Part shown: piece after piece, positions 62,925-64,000 of the stretch
Layout of the letters: each line of letters begins with the position of its first letter
Numbering within the stretch: the first letter of the stretch is position 1
Source of the DNA: Felis catus
Taxonomy: Eukaryota
Length of the DNA: 64,000 bases
Direction of reading: 5' to 3'
NCBI RefSeq assembly: GCF_018350175.1
Contig: NC_058368.1
Coordinates: 92,568,001 to 92,632,000 of the forward strand
Translations under genes and position numbers: made by a program
Notes under the pieces: generated by a model
What the model was told of the DNA's origin: nothing
Seen by the model: the letters and a program-made list of their open reading frames with translations, nothing else
The model's database searches: none

Positions 62925-63088
62925 AATTAATCTATGTTTTTTAAAGTTTATTTTTATTTACTTAGAATACTGAGAAGGCTCAGCACTTGTCAGCACAGAG
63001 CCCAATGTGGGGCTTGAACCCACAAACCGTGAAATCATGACCTGAGCCGAAGTTGGATGTTTAACTGACTGAGCCACCCAGGTGCCCC
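62925..63088 (-). mobile_element. Can-SINE with internal deletion (no CT tract)
   Basis: Head and 5' body joined to an AT-rich tail. Confidence 0.85.
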
Positions 63089-63574
63089 AATGGTTATTTA
63101 AATGAAAAAAACCCTCAATTCTCTACAAAGACTAGTTGAACTACCTCCCTCATTTTGGAGGGTATTATAGAGAAATTGGTCTGTGTCAAGTGAAGGTGAC
63201 TTAGTTCATCATCTCTGAGTTGTTTCCTTTCTTCTGCGAGTACACACTTTGACTCTCCATTCGTTTTTTCCCCCTTTTCTCTTTTATCCCTTATCATAAG
63301 CTTCAGCATTTCTTTGTTTCTCATTCTTGTTCTTTCCCTTCCTATGTCATGTTTCCTCTAAAGGTAAAAGGATAGAAGCCCTTTCAGGGCTGGAGATATT
63401 CATTAGCCTTCGCCACTCAACCACCTTGACCAGCAACAGACCATTATTTGGTTCCTGTGTGTTGCTGTTGTAATGTTAGGCACTCGATATGTCTTATCTG
63501 TTATTTTTTTTCAGTAATCACAAACTATAGGTTTCATTAGCCCAATGGAAAGATTAAAGTGTACATCACAGGAA

Positions 63575-63918
63575 GAAAAATTTGTAACTCACTATGGTGT
63601 AACTTATTGTGGTGATCATTTCACAACATATGCAAATATTGAATCCTGGGGGTGCCTGGATGGCTCAGTCGGTTAAGTGTCCCACTCCTGATTTCTGCTC
63701 AAGTCATGATCTCACGGGTTTGTGAGATTGAACCCCATGTTGGGCTTCAACCCTGACAGTGAGAAGCCTGCTTGGGATTCCGTCTCTGCCTACCTCTCTC
63801 TCTCCCAAAATAAATAAATAAACATTAAAAAAAAACCCACAAATATCAAATCCTTATGTTGTACACCTGCAACTAATAGAATGTTATATGTCAATTACAT
63901 CTCAATTTTAAAAAAAAG
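63575..63918 (+). mobile_element. L1 3'UTR end, interrupted by a SINE
   Basis: acttattgtggtgatcatttcaca...tgttatatgtcaattacatctcaat plus A-tail. Confidence 0.85.
63648..63836 (+). mobile_element. Can-SINE
   Basis: TSD caaatat(tg/ca)aatcct. Confidence 0.95.
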
Positions 63919-64000
63919 ATTAAGAAAGGGAGATTCAGAGAGATTAAGTAACATTCTCAAAGTCAAACCAACAGGAAGTGATAGAGTTTAGATTTGAATG

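Noticed and set aside
1..64000. CRISPR arrays, operons, rRNA or genuine tRNA genes, CpG-island promoter
   Set aside because: Eukaryotic, CpG-depleted sequence; dispersed repeats are SINEs, and tRNA-like segments carry SINE tails and TSDs.

Overview
Repeat-dense mammalian genomic DNA from a carnivoran, almost certainly a felid, judged from felid-type Can-SINEs (SINEC_Fc-like) and a young cat-type L1 ORF2 C-terminus. No intact protein-coding gene is visible, and nearly all listed ORFs are artefacts of SINEs, L1s or microsatellites. I count about 54 Can-SINE copies or fragments, many with target-site duplications (TSDs). There are also young and old L1 pieces, L2/MIR relics, ERVL/MaLR solo LTRs and DNA-transposon MITEs (Tigger2a-, MER96B-, MER3-, MER53-like). 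The main non-TE feature is a 5'-truncated, intronless, polyadenylated processed pseudogene of an HTR3C/HTR3E-type serotonin 5-HT3 receptor subunit (minus strand, ~46383-47370). Also notable: a candidate minus-strand tandem microexon pair (9 nt + 24 nt, 69-nt spacer) at ~62.4 kb, a twin-priming-type inverted old L1, templated filler DNA at a truncated SINE, and a switch in retroelement orientation near 53 kb. Repeat family names are assigned from remembered consensus sequences without a database search, and boundaries are approximate.
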